Shown here in pieces: positions 20,077-30,912 of a DNA stretch of 64,000 nt. Source of the DNA: an uncultured delta proteobacterium (GTDB taxonomy: Bacteria > Myxococcota_A > Polyangia > Polyangiales > Polyangiaceae). Each line of letters starts with the position of its first letter. The stretch's first letter is position 1. Location of the stretch: NCBI GenBank assembly GCA_963696385.1, contig CAVOKF010000008.1:448001-512000 (forward strand), read 5' to 3'. Below the pieces are notes generated by a model. It was not told where the DNA came from, did no database searches, and saw nothing but the letters and a program-made list of their open reading frames with translations. Position numbers and translations under genes: made by a program.

Positions 20077-21503
20077 ACATCACGACGAACGTCGCCCCCA
20101 TCCCGAACCAGTCGGACTCCTCCACCCCGTCGGCCGCGCGCCCACCGTCTGCCTCTCAGGGCGCCGACTTTCGGTCGTTCCTGGAAGCCGCGCACGATCC
20201 GGGCGCGGCGGCGAAGGGCCATCCCGCAGGCCGTCGACCGGCAACGACCCCCGACCCGCGCGACGCCGCGTCGAAGCGCGGCGCGGCGCCGAAGCGCGAC
20301 CCGCAGGATCCCGCGAACGGATTTCTGCCCCAAGCCCCGGCGCCGATCGTCGTCGACGACTCCGACGACGAGGGCTCCGGGCAGGATGACCCACAGGCGG
20401 AAACGCCCGCCCCTGTCGATTGCGGCGCGAACGCCCCGGCAGCGTCGACCCCGAACGAGACCGCAAACGCCTCGGCGCTGCCGCAGCTGGCCGTGTCGGC
20501 AACGGCGTCACCCTTCATCCCGAACGCGCTGCCGAGGACCCCGCCGCTGACCGCCGCGGTCGCGTCCGAGGCCACCCCGGGATTGGCCATCGACGCGACC
20601 GCCAGGACCGCAAGCGGCCTCGGCACCTCGCCGACGCCGGGCGAGTCCCGGTCCGAGCCCAGCCTCGCTCGACCGGCCGCACTCCCCTCGCCTTCGACCC
20701 TTGCGGGTCTCGCCGGCGCTTCGCGAGTGGCCGCTTCTCCGGCGGCGATCGGCGCGAATCCGAGCCTGTCGCCTTCCGCGGCGAAATCACCCAATGGGCC
20801 GCTCGCCACCGCAAGCGCAGAGCGAACCTCCTCGGGCGACTCCGCCTCTCGAACGGCGAGTCCGACGAGCTCCGGCAACCCCACGGCCGCCGCGCCCCCA
20901 TCCGCCACGGCAGCGGCCCGCGACGCGTCTCGACCGAGCGCCAAGGCCGGAGCTGCCGCGGCGGCCGCGCCGGCGTCTCCCGACGGCGCAGCACCGGCCG
21001 CTTCGGCCCTGCTGGCGACGGACGCCGCTCTCGGAGCCCTGCCGAGCGACAAAATTCTGACGACGACCGCCAACGGCGTGCCGGCCGATGCAACGTCGTC
21101 GGCCCGCCCTGCCGAAGACGACGTGGCGACCGCCGCCCAGTCCGCGATGAACCAGGTCGTGATTCTCAACGCGGCCCACGGTGCGCTGGACCACCCCGAA
21201 CTCGGACACATCGACGTGCACGCCCGCTCAAAGGACGGCGAAGTCGACGTGCGCGTCACTTCGCAGCGCGCCGAGACCGCCTCGTTGCTGGCCCCGCGGG
21301 TCGAGGCCATGTCGGCGGCCGCCAACGTGCCTGCAGCGCGCATCGAGATCGGCACTCGGGGGGGGCCCAGCACGGGATCCTTCGACGCATCGGGCAACGG
21401 GGGTGGCCAGAAGTCCGACGATCGCGCACCGACCGAATCCGACGACGACACGAGTGCGGCCATCCAGCCGACGGCGCCCGGGCGGGTCCGGATCGTGCTC
21501 TAG
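20073..21503 (+). CDS. fliK: Hook-length control protein FliK
   Basis: Long Pro/Ala/Ser-rich region, C-terminal LDHPELGHIDV motif; precedes flgD. Confidence 0.8.
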   Translation: MNITTNVAPIPNQSDSSTPSAARPPSASQGADFRSFLEAAHDPGAAAKGHPAGRRPATTPDPRDAASKRGAAPKRDPQDPANGFLPQAPAPIVVDDSDDEGSGQDDPQAETPAPVDCGANAPAASTPNETANASALPQLAVSATASPFIPNALPRTPPLTAAVASEATPGLAIDATARTASGLGTSPTPGESRSEPSLARPAALPSPSTLAGLAGASRVAASPAAIGANPSLSPSAAKSPNGPLATASAERTSSGDSASRTASPTSSGNPTAAAPPSATAAARDASRPSAKAGAAAAAAPASPDGAAPAASALLATDAALGALPSDKILTTTANGVPADATSSARPAEDDVATAAQSAMNQVVILNAAHGALDHPELGHIDVHARSKDGEVDVRVTSQRAETASLLAPRVEAMSAAANVPAARIEIGTRGGPSTGSFDASGNGGGQKSDDRAPTESDDDTSAAIQPTAPGRVRIVL

Positions 21504-21513
21504 CAGGTGTCCA

Positions 21514-22236
21514 ATGACGAACATCAGCCAAACGAGCAGCGCCGGGTTGACGGGCGCCGCGGCGGCGAGCGCCGCAGCGAGCACGGCGACGACGGGAGCG
21601 ACGCCGACGGTCAACGAGCAGGAGTTTTTGCAACTGCTCGTCGCGCAGCTGCAGCACCAAGACCCCACCCAGCCGATGCAGGGGACGGACTTCGTGACCC
21701 AGCTCGCCCAGTTCTCGTTGGTCGAGCAATCGGTCAATCAGTCGCAGCAGCTCGGCACCGTGTCGACCCAGCTTTCCGGCATCGGCAACAACGAAGCGTC
21801 GCAACTGGTCGGCCAGACGGTCACCATCGGCGGAAACACCGTGACATCCAACGGAACCTCCGCATCCCCGACCAACGTCACCCTCGGGGGCTCGGCGGCG
21901 GACGTGAAGGCGACGATCACCGACTCGAACGGAAACCTGATTCGCACGCTCGACCTCGGACCCCAGAGCGCAGGACCGCTCAGCATCCAGTGGGACGGCA
22001 ACAACAGCTCCGGCCAGAGCGCGCCTCAGGGGACCTACACCATCAACGTGACGGCGACGACCTCGAGCGGCGCGGCCGTGCCGGTCTCGCAAAGTGTGAG
22101 CGGCGTGGTGACCAACATCTCGTTTGCCCAAGGGGCAACGATGGTCACGCTGGCTTCCGGCGCCCAGGCACCGAATCTCGCAACTGGTCAGCGTGGGCGC
22201 GCCCACCTCGACCCCGTCTCCGTGACGGCGTCGTAA
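21514..22236 (+). CDS. flgD: Hook capping protein FlgD (probable +1 frameshift near 22174; corrected stop 22225)
   Basis: FLQLLVAQLQHQDPTQPM, QLAQFSLVEQ, WDG; corrected tail APISQLVSVG. Confidence 0.93.
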   Translation: MTNISQTSSAGLTGAAAASAAASTATTGATPTVNEQEFLQLLVAQLQHQDPTQPMQGTDFVTQLAQFSLVEQSVNQSQQLGTVSTQLSGIGNNEASQLVGQTVTIGGNTVTSNGTSASPTNVTLGGSAADVKATITDSNGNLIRTLDLGPQSAGPLSIQWDGNNSSGQSAPQGTYTINVTATTSSGAAVPVSQSVSGVVTNISFAQGATMVTLASGAQAPNLATGQRGRAHLDPVSVTAS

Positions 22237-22281
22237 CCACCCACCCCCTCCCATCGAATCTACCAAGCAACGGAGAACCAT

Positions 22282-23571
22282 ATGTCGATCTTCTCGGCCA
22301 TGTACGCGGGCGTTTCGGGGCTCGACGCGGAGAGCAGCGCGCTCGGCGTCATCGGCAACAACCTATCGAACTCGAGCACGGTCGGCTTCAAAGAGTCGCG
22401 CGAGGAATTCGACACCGTGCTCGGCGCCGCGGCGGGGACCGAAGGCGCCATCGGCGGCGGCGTGGAGATGACGTCCGCGCAGCAGATTTTCTCCGAAGGG
22501 TCCCTGGTCAACACGGGACTGCCGACCGACGTCGCCTTGTCGGGCGACGGCTTCTTCGTCGTGAACGGCAGCGTCGGCGGCATGAGCGGCGACTTCTACA
22601 CGCGCGACGGTCAGACCTCGCTCAACAGCAACGGCACGCTCGTCAACCCCGATGGCCTGGCCTTCGAGGGCTATGCGGCCAATCCGGACGGAACGTTCTC
22701 GACGACGCTGGCACCCATCCAGGTGAGCACGTCGGCGCTCGCCCCCAAGACGACGACGGCGATGAGCATCACGGCGAATTTGAACTCGGCCGATACGCCG
22801 CCTGCGGTCGCGTGGAACGCGCAAAATCCCGGCACGAGCAGCAATTTCTCGACGAGCATGCAGGTTTACGACTCGCTCGGCAATGCGCACACGGTCAACG
22901 TGTACTTCGCCAACCAGGGCAACGGGTCCTGGACCTACCACGTGCTCGCCCCCGGGTCCGACGTGGCCGGTGGAACCGCCGGACAGAACTCGGAGATCGC
23001 CACCGGTACGCTCACGTTCAACAGTTCCGGCGCGCTTCAAAGCAACACGGTGACGGCCGGCGGCACGGTGAGCTTCAACGGAGCGACGCCGAACCAGGCT
23101 CTCACGTTCAACTTCGGGTCGCCCATTGCGGGCGGCGGTACCGGAACCGACGGCATCACGCAATACGGTTCGCCCGACACGATCTCCACGCAAAGCCAGG
23201 ACGGCTATGCATCCGGATCGCTCACCGGCGTGACGATCGATGCCAACGGGACCGTCCAAGGATCCTACACGAATGGGCAGACGTTGGCGGTCGCGCAGAT
23301 GGGCATCGCCAAGTTCCCCTCGAACACGGGCCTCGGCCAGATGGGACAGAATCTCTGGAACGCGACCCCGGATTCAGGCATTCCGGCGGTGGGCACCGCG
23401 GGCACGGGAGGTCGCGGATCGCTCGTCGCCGGATCGCTCGAGGGATCGAACGTCGACATGTCCGCTCAGTTCGTCGACCTCATCGCACAACAAAGCGGAT
23501 TCCAGGCCGATTCCAAGACGATCACGACCGCCGACCAAATGCTCCAGACCCTGATGCAAATCACGCAGTAG
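22282..23571 (+). CDS. flgE: Hook protein FlgE
   Basis: VIGNNLSNSSTVGFK, YDSLG, QDGY, LEGSNVD. Confidence 0.96.
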   Translation: MSIFSAMYAGVSGLDAESSALGVIGNNLSNSSTVGFKESREEFDTVLGAAAGTEGAIGGGVEMTSAQQIFSEGSLVNTGLPTDVALSGDGFFVVNGSVGGMSGDFYTRDGQTSLNSNGTLVNPDGLAFEGYAANPDGTFSTTLAPIQVSTSALAPKTTTAMSITANLNSADTPPAVAWNAQNPGTSSNFSTSMQVYDSLGNAHTVNVYFANQGNGSWTYHVLAPGSDVAGGTAGQNSEIATGTLTFNSSGALQSNTVTAGGTVSFNGATPNQALTFNFGSPIAGGGTGTDGITQYGSPDTISTQSQDGYASGSLTGVTIDANGTVQGSYTNGQTLAVAQMGIAKFPSNTGLGQMGQNLWNATPDSGIPAVGTAGTGGRGSLVAGSLEGSNVDMSAQFVDLIAQQSGFQADSKTITTADQMLQTLMQITQ

Positions 23572-23607
23572 CGCCCCAAAGGGGCCGCGAATCGACCGAG
23601 AATCGTC

Positions 23608-24105
23608 ATGAGTGACACCGACGACAGCAAAGAACTGCCCGCGGGCGTCCCGCGCAAGAGTTCGATCAATCTCGTTGCCCTGCTTTTGCCGGCACTGCTC
23701 GCAGGCGGCGCGGCCTTCGGCGGCGCAAGGCTCTCCTCGGCCCACGCGGCCGGCAACGCGAGCGGCGCTTCGTCGGCGGCACCGGCGCAAGAACTGCCGC
23801 CCGGACCGACCCTGGCGCTCGACCCCTTTCTCGTTTTGACCCAGGACGTGAACAAGAAAACACACCCGATGAAGTTGACCCTCGCGGTCGAATTCGTGGC
23901 CGGCGGCAAAGACGAGGAAGCGCCCAAGAACTTCACCCCGCGCATGCGCGACGCAACACTCAGTTATCTGCGCGTGTTGAGCTACGAGGACGCCCTCGAC
24001 AACACGAAGGCCGACAAGCTGCGAGCCGACCTGCTCGAGCGATTCCGGGCGGCCGGCGTCAAGTCGCTTCAGCGCGTGCTGATCACCGACCTCGTCGTCC
24101 AATGA
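23608..24105 (+). CDS. fliL: Basal-body-associated FliL
   Basis: N-terminal TM, LDPFLVL, PRMRD, VLITDLVVQ C-terminus. Confidence 0.88.
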   Translation: MSDTDDSKELPAGVPRKSSINLVALLLPALLAGGAAFGGARLSSAHAAGNASGASSAAPAQELPPGPTLALDPFLVLTQDVNKKTHPMKLTLAVEFVAGGKDEEAPKNFTPRMRDATLSYLRVLSYEDALDNTKADKLRADLLERFRAAGVKSLQRVLITDLVVQ

Positions 24106-24968
24106 CCACGGCCGAGGCACCGCGGGTCGAACTCCTGAGATTTGCGCTCGAGGGGGAGCGCGTGCGCAAGGCGGCTCGGATCCTCGAACGGGAAAGTCCG
24201 CGTCTTGCGGCTGCGCTGCGCCGCGCCGTGCCGTTCTTGTCACGACGACGGGTTCCGATCGCCCTCGCCTATACGCGAGCGACCCCGATCGCCGAGCTGC
24301 TCGACAGCGTTCCGCGCCCCATTCACGTCGTGCATCTCGTGACGTCGCCGGGCAGCGCTCGAGGGGCGCTACTGCTCGATGCCGGCGCGATTGCCATGTT
24401 TCTCGACGGGGTGCTCGGCGGCAACGGCCAGACCCTGCCCGTATTGAATGCGACCGGGCTGACCACCCCTCAAGCCGCGCTCGCATCGGGCCTGGCGGTC
24501 GGAATCGTTCGCGCCTTTTCGGACTCTCTGGGGGCCTCGATCGGCTTGCGGCTCGAGTCCCGGCCGGCGGACGTCGACGAAGCGACCGCGCAGAGCGCGC
24601 CGATCGCGTGCGTCCTCGAGTTCGGCGTCGACGAACGGATCGGCCGCGTCGTGCTGCTTTTGCCCAAGGAGGTGCTGCTCGCCTCCGCTGCGGAGGCCGA
24701 CCCGCCTGCCAATCACGCGGTCGACGCGCGCATCACAGCCGTTCTCGAGAACGTCGAGATCGACCTGGTCGCCGAGTTGGGTCGGGTCAGCATGCGGGTC
24801 TGCGATCTCACCGCCATCAAAGTCGGAGACATGCTGCGACTCGATGTTCCGGTGAACGGCATGGTGAGCGTACGCGCCAACGACCACGTTCTGTATCGCG
24901 GGCGCCCCACGACCAACGGCGGTCAGATATCGGTGAAAATTGCCGCGGACGCCGACGGCGTTCACTGA
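24102..24968 (+). CDS. fliM: Switch protein FliM lacking the N-terminal CheY-binding motif
   Basis: LDGVLGGNG middle-domain motif, C-terminal SpoA domain (AELG...KVGDMLRLD); between fliL and fliN. Confidence 0.8.
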   Translation: MTTAEAPRVELLRFALEGERVRKAARILERESPRLAAALRRAVPFLSRRRVPIALAYTRATPIAELLDSVPRPIHVVHLVTSPGSARGALLLDAGAIAMFLDGVLGGNGQTLPVLNATGLTTPQAALASGLAVGIVRAFSDSLGASIGLRLESRPADVDEATAQSAPIACVLEFGVDERIGRVVLLLPKEVLLASAAEADPPANHAVDARITAVLENVEIDLVAELGRVSMRVCDLTAIKVGDMLRLDVPVNGMVSVRANDHVLYRGRPTTNGGQISVKIAADADGVH

Positions 24969-24988
24969 TCGGGCACGAGCCAGGATAC

Positions 24989-25004
24989 CGGCACGAAGGT
25001 TGAT
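24989..25004 (+). promoter_or_regulatory. Putative internal sigma54-like promoter upstream of fliN
   Basis: CGGCACGAAGGTTGAT (GG-N10-GA); a similar copy GGGCACGAGCCAGGAT lies at 24971-24986. Confidence 0.4.
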
Positions 25005-25036
25005 AGGTGGGATCTCATGAACCCCAAAGGTCAACC

Positions 25037-25369
25037 ATGAGTCCCCCGGATCGAACCCCGCCGCCCGCCGCTGCGGTCCCCGAAGCCCTGATCGCGCCGC
25101 CCCAGCCCGCGTCGTTGGGGGCGATGTTTCTTCTGCGCGACGTCGAAGTCGAAATCACTCTGGAGATCGGACGGCGCCGCATGCGGATCGCCGATGTGTT
25201 GAAGCTCGCGAACGGCCAGACTCTGGAACTCGCGAAAGCCGCCGGCGAGCCGCTCGACATCTTCGTCAACGGACGGCTTTTGGGCCGCGGCGAGGCCGTG
25301 GTCCTCGGCGACCGGTACGGGGTGCGGATCACCGAGATCGTCTCGCCCGGAGACGACGCGCAGTCGTGA
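25037..25369 (+). CDS. fliN: Switch protein FliN
   Basis: DVEVEITLEIG, LAKAAGEPLDIFVNG, GEAVV, YGVRITEI. Confidence 0.95.
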   Translation: MSPPDRTPPPAAAVPEALIAPPQPASLGAMFLLRDVEVEITLEIGRRRMRIADVLKLANGQTLELAKAAGEPLDIFVNGRLLGRGEAVVLGDRYGVRITEIVSPGDDAQS

Positions 25370-26043
25370 GGCGTCTCATCGCTTCTGGCGTCATCGTCCT
25401 GGCGACATCCGCCAGCACGCTGACGCGCGCCGCACCGGCGGATCCCGCACCCACGGCCAACACCGTACTGGCGCCCAGCGCGCCGGGCGCAGCGCTCGGC
25501 ATCCCCCCTACCCCGGCGGACACTTTGCTGGCACCCACCGCGCCGACGCCTTTGCAGACGCGGCCGGGCAAGCCTCTTTCGCTCGATCCGGCACCCGCCC
25601 ACTTCTCGGTCCTCTGGAAGCTCCTGGCGATGGTCCTCGTGACCGCCGGCGGTCTTTTCGTCTGGAAGCGCCGGACCGGAGCCTCGGCTGCGTCGCCCAG
25701 CGTGCAAATGAACATCGTTCGCCGCGTGCCGGTGGGCGTTCGCAGCGAGCTTTTGGTCATCGAGCTCGAAGGTCAGCGCATGCTGCTCGGGGTCACCCCC
25801 CACGGCATCCAGAATTTGTACATCATGCCCGACACCGACGCCGACGAGGTCGGCGGCGCGCTCTCCACGCCGGCGCGGACGGTGGCCGACGCGCTTCTGG
25901 CGAACGACGAGATTCGCGCGGCAACCGGCGGCGGCGCCAGCGAATCGAAGCGATCGAGGCGCATGACGGCGTCGACCGGGGCAAGCCACGAGCCCATCGA
26001 AGATCAGGCTCGCGGACTGCTGTCGATCGGAGAACGCCGGTGA
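25366..26043 (+). CDS. fliO: Flagellar biogenesis protein FliO
   Basis: Signal plus TM; RRVPVG...LLVIE...LLGVT; between fliN and fliP. Confidence 0.8.
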   Translation: MRRLIASGVIVLATSASTLTRAAPADPAPTANTVLAPSAPGAALGIPPTPADTLLAPTAPTPLQTRPGKPLSLDPAPAHFSVLWKLLAMVLVTAGGLFVWKRRTGASAASPSVQMNIVRRVPVGVRSELLVIELEGQRMLLGVTPHGIQNLYIMPDTDADEVGGALSTPARTVADALLANDEIRAATGGGASESKRSRRMTASTGASHEPIEDQARGLLSIGERR

Positions 26044-26693
26044 ACCTCACCGCCCTGAACGAGCCGGGACTCGCGCCGCAGCTCAAGCTGCTCGCGCTTC
26101 TGACGCTCTTGTCCTTGCTGCCGGCCATCGTGCTGACGATGACGTCGTTCACCCGATCGATCATCGTGCTGTCGTTCGTCCGGCAGGGGATCGGCACCCA
26201 GCAGACCCCGCCCAATCAGGTGCTCATCGGTATCGCGATCTTTTTGACGATGTTCATCATGGCGCCGGTCGGATCGGCGATCGCCCACGACGCGTACGAT
26301 CCCTATGTGGCCGGAAAGATCACCGAGGAGCAGGCTTTCGAACGTGCCGCGGCGCCGCTTCGATCGTTCATGCTTCGGCAGACCCGCGAGAGCGATCTCG
26401 CTCTCTTCTACGATGCGGCACACTTGCCGTTGCCCGATACGGAGGAGGCGGTCCCGCTCCGCATCGAGGCGCCCGCGTTCGTCGTGAGCGAGCTCACCAC
26501 CGCGTTTCAAATGGGTGTGCTCGTGCTCTTGCCCTTTTTGGTCATCGACCTCGCGGTCTCGTCGGTGCTGATGTCGCTCGGCATGATGATGGTGCCGCCC
26601 GGGACGATCAGCCTGCCGGTCAAGTTGCTTCTCTTCGTCGTCGTGGACGGCTGGCACTTGCTCGTCGGATCGCTCATTCGGAGCTTCGGATGA
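26040..26693 (+). CDS. fliP: Export gate FliP
   Basis: MTSFTR, QTPPNQVL, PAFVVSEL, GMMMVPP, DGW. Confidence 0.96.
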   Translation: MNLTALNEPGLAPQLKLLALLTLLSLLPAIVLTMTSFTRSIIVLSFVRQGIGTQQTPPNQVLIGIAIFLTMFIMAPVGSAIAHDAYDPYVAGKITEEQAFERAAAPLRSFMLRQTRESDLALFYDAAHLPLPDTEEAVPLRIEAPAFVVSELTTAFQMGVLVLLPFLVIDLAVSSVLMSLGMMMVPPGTISLPVKLLLFVVVDGWHLLVGSLIRSFG

Positions 26694-26959
26694 ATGCCGA
26701 TCAAGCCCTCGAACTTCTCACCACGCTGCTCGAAGTCACGATCTTCGCCGCCGGACCCCTGCTCTTCGCCTCGCTTGCGGCGGGAGTGCTCGTCGGCATC
26801 GTCCAGGCGGCGACCCAGATCAACGAGGCGAGCGTCAGCTTCGTCGTGAAGGCTACGGTGGTCTTGGGCGTTCTGGTGACGCTCGGCCCCGCGCTCGCGT
26901 CGCGCGTCGTCGAATATGCGCACGACAACTTCGAATCGATTGCGCACATCGTGCGTTGA
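26690..26959 (+). CDS. fliQ: Export gate FliQ
   Basis: QAATQINEASVSFVVK. Confidence 0.95.
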   Translation: MNADQALELLTTLLEVTIFAAGPLLFASLAAGVLVGIVQAATQINEASVSFVVKATVVLGVLVTLGPALASRVVEYAHDNFESIAHIVR

Positions 26960-27741
26960 TGTTCCAGCACCTCGCCCTGAGCTACGCGGCCATGTGGGCG
27001 CTCGTAGGAGCCCGCATCTCGGGGTTCGTGGTCGTGTCCCCCTTCCCCGGCGCAAACGTCGGGACGACACCGCGCATCGGGCTGGTGGCCGCACTGTCCT
27101 GGGCCGCAAGCCTGTTCGCACCGGCGGACGCGGTGCCCCACGAAATCGGCCTACCGCTGCTCGTGGCGGTGGCTTGCGAGCTCGGCTGCGGGCTCCTCAT
27201 CGGAATCGCCTTCCGCTTCGTCTTCATGGCCGCGGAGGTCAGCGGCCAGCTGTTGTCCGAGGGCATCGGGCTGTCCACCGCGTCGATCCTGAATCCGACG
27301 ATTGAAGCCCAGGACGCGATTTTTGCGCGCATCGTCACGCTCGTCGCCCTGCTGATCGCGCTTGCCGCCGGCGTGCATCGCGTGGCCCTCGGATACCTGC
27401 TGGCCTCGTTTCGCGCTCTGCCGATCGGGGTCGGCATGTCGTTCCCATCGACGTCGATGGCCATGGTCGACCTGGTGGTCACGTCGTTCGTCGTCGGCGT
27501 GCGGCTGGCCATGCCTGTCATCGCGGTGTCGTTCGTCGTGCACCTCGGCCTCGGAATGATCGCGCGCGCCGCACCCGCCTTGCAGATCTTCAGCGTCGGT
27601 TTCAGCGTCTTGCTCGTCACCGGCTTCTTCGTCGTGATCTCGAGCATCCACGACATCGGGGCGGGTCTGAACGCGCATTTCGCGTCGGTCGGCCCCTGGC
27701 TCGACACGCTGCTGGTCGAACTGTCCGGGCAGGCGCCGTGA
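26959..27741 (+). CDS. fliR: Export gate FliR
   Basis: Multi-TM protein; GLGMIARAAPALQIFSVGF. Confidence 0.92.
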   Translation: MFQHLALSYAAMWALVGARISGFVVVSPFPGANVGTTPRIGLVAALSWAASLFAPADAVPHEIGLPLLVAVACELGCGLLIGIAFRFVFMAAEVSGQLLSEGIGLSTASILNPTIEAQDAIFARIVTLVALLIALAAGVHRVALGYLLASFRALPIGVGMSFPSTSMAMVDLVVTSFVVGVRLAMPVIAVSFVVHLGLGMIARAAPALQIFSVGFSVLLVTGFFVVISSIHDIGAGLNAHFASVGPWLDTLLVELSGQAP

Positions 27742-28823
27742 GCGAGGAGCAAGGCGAGAAGTCGTTCGATCCGACGCCGAAGCGGCGCGAACAGTTCCGC
27801 AAAGACGGGCGCTTCGCGCGATCCAAGGACGCCGGCGGCGTCGTGTCGACCGCGGCGGCGATCGGCGTTCTGCTCGGCTCGCGGGCCGCGATCGGCCGGT
27901 CCATCCAGCTTCTTTTCATGGGCTGCTTCGCCGATCTCGGAGCCGTCGGCCGCCACGACGCCGACGGGGTGACGAGTGCCGCCCTGACGGTCCTCGGGGT
28001 CCTGGTGGCGCCCACGGCCCTCGCGGCCGCCGTGGGCGCCACGGCCGCGGGGGTCGCCCAAGCCGGACTGCACGTCAACCTCGAGGCCGTTGGTTTCAAG
28101 CCGGAGCGGCTCAATCCCTTGCCGCGGCTGCAGCAGCTTTTTTCACCCAAAAAGGGCAGCGTCCAAGCTCTCTTGAGCCTGCTGCGGGTCGGACTCGTCG
28201 GATACGTGGGCTACCGCGCTCTGCTCATCGAGCTGCCGGACCTGCTGAGCCTCAGTCGCGTCGGAGTCGACGTCGGGGCGACGCACATCATGGACGCCGC
28301 GGTGCGAGTTTTGCTCAATGCCCTGTTCGCCCTCGCGCTCGTGTCGGGCGTCGAATACGTGCAGAGCCGATTTTCGATCAGCAAAGAGATGAAGATGACC
28401 CGCCGCGAGGTCATGGACGAAAATCGATCGAGCGAAGGCGACCAGAAGTCCAAAGCACGCATGCGATCGCGCGCCCGCGCGCTCGCGCGAAAGCGTTCGA
28501 TCGCCAACGTGAAGGGTGCGACCGTCGTCGTCGCCAACCCCACGCACATCTCGGTGGCGCTGCGGTATTCACCGACGGACCCCGCCCCCGTCGTGGTGGC
28601 CAAAGGACACGACGACGTCGCGCTGCAGATTCGCGCCGAAGCGCGCAAGCACGGCATTCCCATTCTGGAAAACCGCGCGCTCGCGAGAGCGCTCGACGCG
28701 GAGGTCCACATCGGACAACCGATTCCGGCGGCGCACTTTGCCGCCGTCGCACGCATCCTGGCCTTCGTATTCAAGCTGCGCGGCGTGGCGACGGCACAAG
28801 GGGTGCGAGGGCGGGGTCCGTGA
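27738..28823 (+). CDS. flhB: Export switch protein FlhB
   Basis: EKSFDPTPKR, NPTH cleavage motif, PVVVAKG. Confidence 0.96.
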   Translation: MSEEQGEKSFDPTPKRREQFRKDGRFARSKDAGGVVSTAAAIGVLLGSRAAIGRSIQLLFMGCFADLGAVGRHDADGVTSAALTVLGVLVAPTALAAAVGATAAGVAQAGLHVNLEAVGFKPERLNPLPRLQQLFSPKKGSVQALLSLLRVGLVGYVGYRALLIELPDLLSLSRVGVDVGATHIMDAAVRVLLNALFALALVSGVEYVQSRFSISKEMKMTRREVMDENRSSEGDQKSKARMRSRARALARKRSIANVKGATVVVANPTHISVALRYSPTDPAPVVVAKGHDDVALQIRAEARKHGIPILENRALARALDAEVHIGQPIPAAHFAAVARILAFVFKLRGVATAQGVRGRGP

Positions 28824-30905
28824 GCACCGAGGCCGTCGCGATCTCGACCCCCTCTCGCGGGGCCGACATCATCATTCCGCTCGGGATCATCGGCATCGTC
28901 CTCATGATGGTGTTGCCGATCCCGGCGATGCTTCTCGACATCTTGCTGTCGTTCTCGCAGGCGCTCGCCATCGGGGTGTTCCTGACGGCGCTCTTCATCG
29001 AAGAAGCGCTCGAATTCAGCGCATTTCCGGCGTTCGTTCTCATCGCCACGCTCTTAAGATTGAGCCTGAACGTCGCGACGACGCGCCTGATTCTTCTGCA
29101 CGGAGGCGAAGGAGCGGGCGCCGCCGGATCGGTGGTGGAGGCCTTCGGGCGCTTCGTGGTCGAGGGCAACGTGCTGGTCGGGCTCGTGGTCTTCTTGATC
29201 CTGGCGGTCATCAACTTCGTGGTCGTCACCAAAGGCGCCGGGCGCGTCGCCGAGGTCTCGGCTCGGTTCACCTTGGACGCCATGCCCGGCAAGCAGATGG
29301 CGATCGATGCGGACCTGTCGTCGGGTTCGATCAACAACGACCAGGCGCGCGGCCGACGAAAGAAACTCGAACGGGAGGCGGATTTCTACGGAGCCATGGA
29401 CGGAGCCAGCAAGTTCGTTCACGGCGACGCCGTGGCCGGCCTGCTCATCACCGCCATCAACTTGATCGGCGGGCTCATCCTCGGCGTATCGCGGGGCATG
29501 GATTTGTCGAAAGCCGCCGAAACGTTCTCGGTTCTGAGCGTCGGCGATGCGCTGGCGTCGCAGATTCCGGCGCTGCTCATCTCCGCCGCCTCCGGCATCG
29601 TCGTCACGAGAAGCGCGACCGGCGATCAGCTCGGCCGTGCGTTCGGCACGCAGCTCTTCGGCCGTCGGAAACCCGTCGCGATGACCGCCGGAATTTTGAC
29701 GGTCCTCGCTCTGATGCCCGGGATGCCGACCGTGTCGTGCCTCATGCTCGCGGGTGGGTTTCTAATGCTTTCGCGCAAGATCGGCGCCCCTTCTGCCGTC
29801 GTGGCGAAGGTGGCCCCCCCGCCGGCCGCGAACGACCCGAAGCGCGCCGCGTCGGAAGTCGACGCTTCGCTGGCCCTCGATTTGCTGTCGCTCGAAGTCG
29901 GCTACGAGCTGGTCGGCCTCGTCGACGCGACGCGCGGCGGAACGCTGCTCGATCGGGTCGCCATGTTGCGACAGCAACTCGCCAAGGATCTGGGCATGAT
30001 CATGCCCCCGGTTCACGTGTGCGACAACCTTCAATTGCCGCCCGGCGCCTACCGGGTGCTCATCTCGGGCAATGCCGTGGGGGCCGGCAGCTGCAAGGCC
30101 GGGCGCCTGCTCGCCGTCGATCCGATCGGCCAGGCGCCTCCGATCCAGGGCGAAAAAACCATGGATCCGACGTTCGGCATGCCGGCCCGCTGGATTGCGG
30201 TGCGCGACAAGGAGATGGCGGAGGCGCTCGGATACACGGTGGTCGATCACGCGACCGTCATCGCGACCCATCTGGGCGAACTGCTTCGCGTCAACGCGCA
30301 CAAGCTCCTGGGGCGGCAGGAAGTCCAGCACTTGCTCGACGTCCTGGCCAAGACGGCACCGAAGATCGTCGACGACGTGGTTCCGAACTTGCTCTCTCTC
30401 GGTGACGTGGTCCGCATTCTCCGAAATCTGGTGCGCGAGGGCATCTCGATTCGAGATCTCGCGGACGATCCTCGACTCGCTCGGCGAACTCTCCGCGCAA
30501 ACGAAGGACATCGAACAACTCACGGAGCTGGTGCGCGAGCGGCTGGCCTCGCACATCACCTCACGCGTCAAGGGAGCCGACGGCAACGTCGCCGCCTTGA
30601 CGCTCGATCCGCGGCTCGAAGAGGTGCTCCGCAGGTCGCTGCGCGAGATCGCCACAGGCACCGGCGGCGCCCTCGATCCGGAGCTCCTGCGGACACTCGT
30701 CGCCAACGTCGAGCGGTCCGTCAAAAAGTTCACGGCCATCTCGGCCACACCGCTGGTCGTCACGTCTCCAGACTTGCGGCGCTACGTCCGCGCCGTCTTC
30801 GAACGCAAGATCCCCCAGCTCGCGGTCGTCTCGTTCCGCGAAATCGACCCGACGGCGCCGATCCAGGTCCTCGACCGGCTCGCGCCCAATGCTCTCGCTC
30901 AGTGA
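28820..30905 (+). CDS. flhA: Export protein FlhA, +1 frameshift near 30460
   Basis: RLSLNVATTR, RFTLDAMPGKQMAIDAD, FYGAMDGASKFV; corrected EGISIRDLRTILDSL. Confidence 0.95.
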
Positions 30906-30912
30906 GGAGTCC

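Noticed and set aside
19419..21503. 694 aa FliJ-FliK fusion
   Set aside because: Produced by the +1 frameshift near 19958; the corrected fliJ ends in an ATGA overlap with fliK.
13740..30905. Non-flagellar injectisome T3SS
   Set aside because: Rod, hook, flagellin, P/L rings and MotAB are present, and no secretin is seen.
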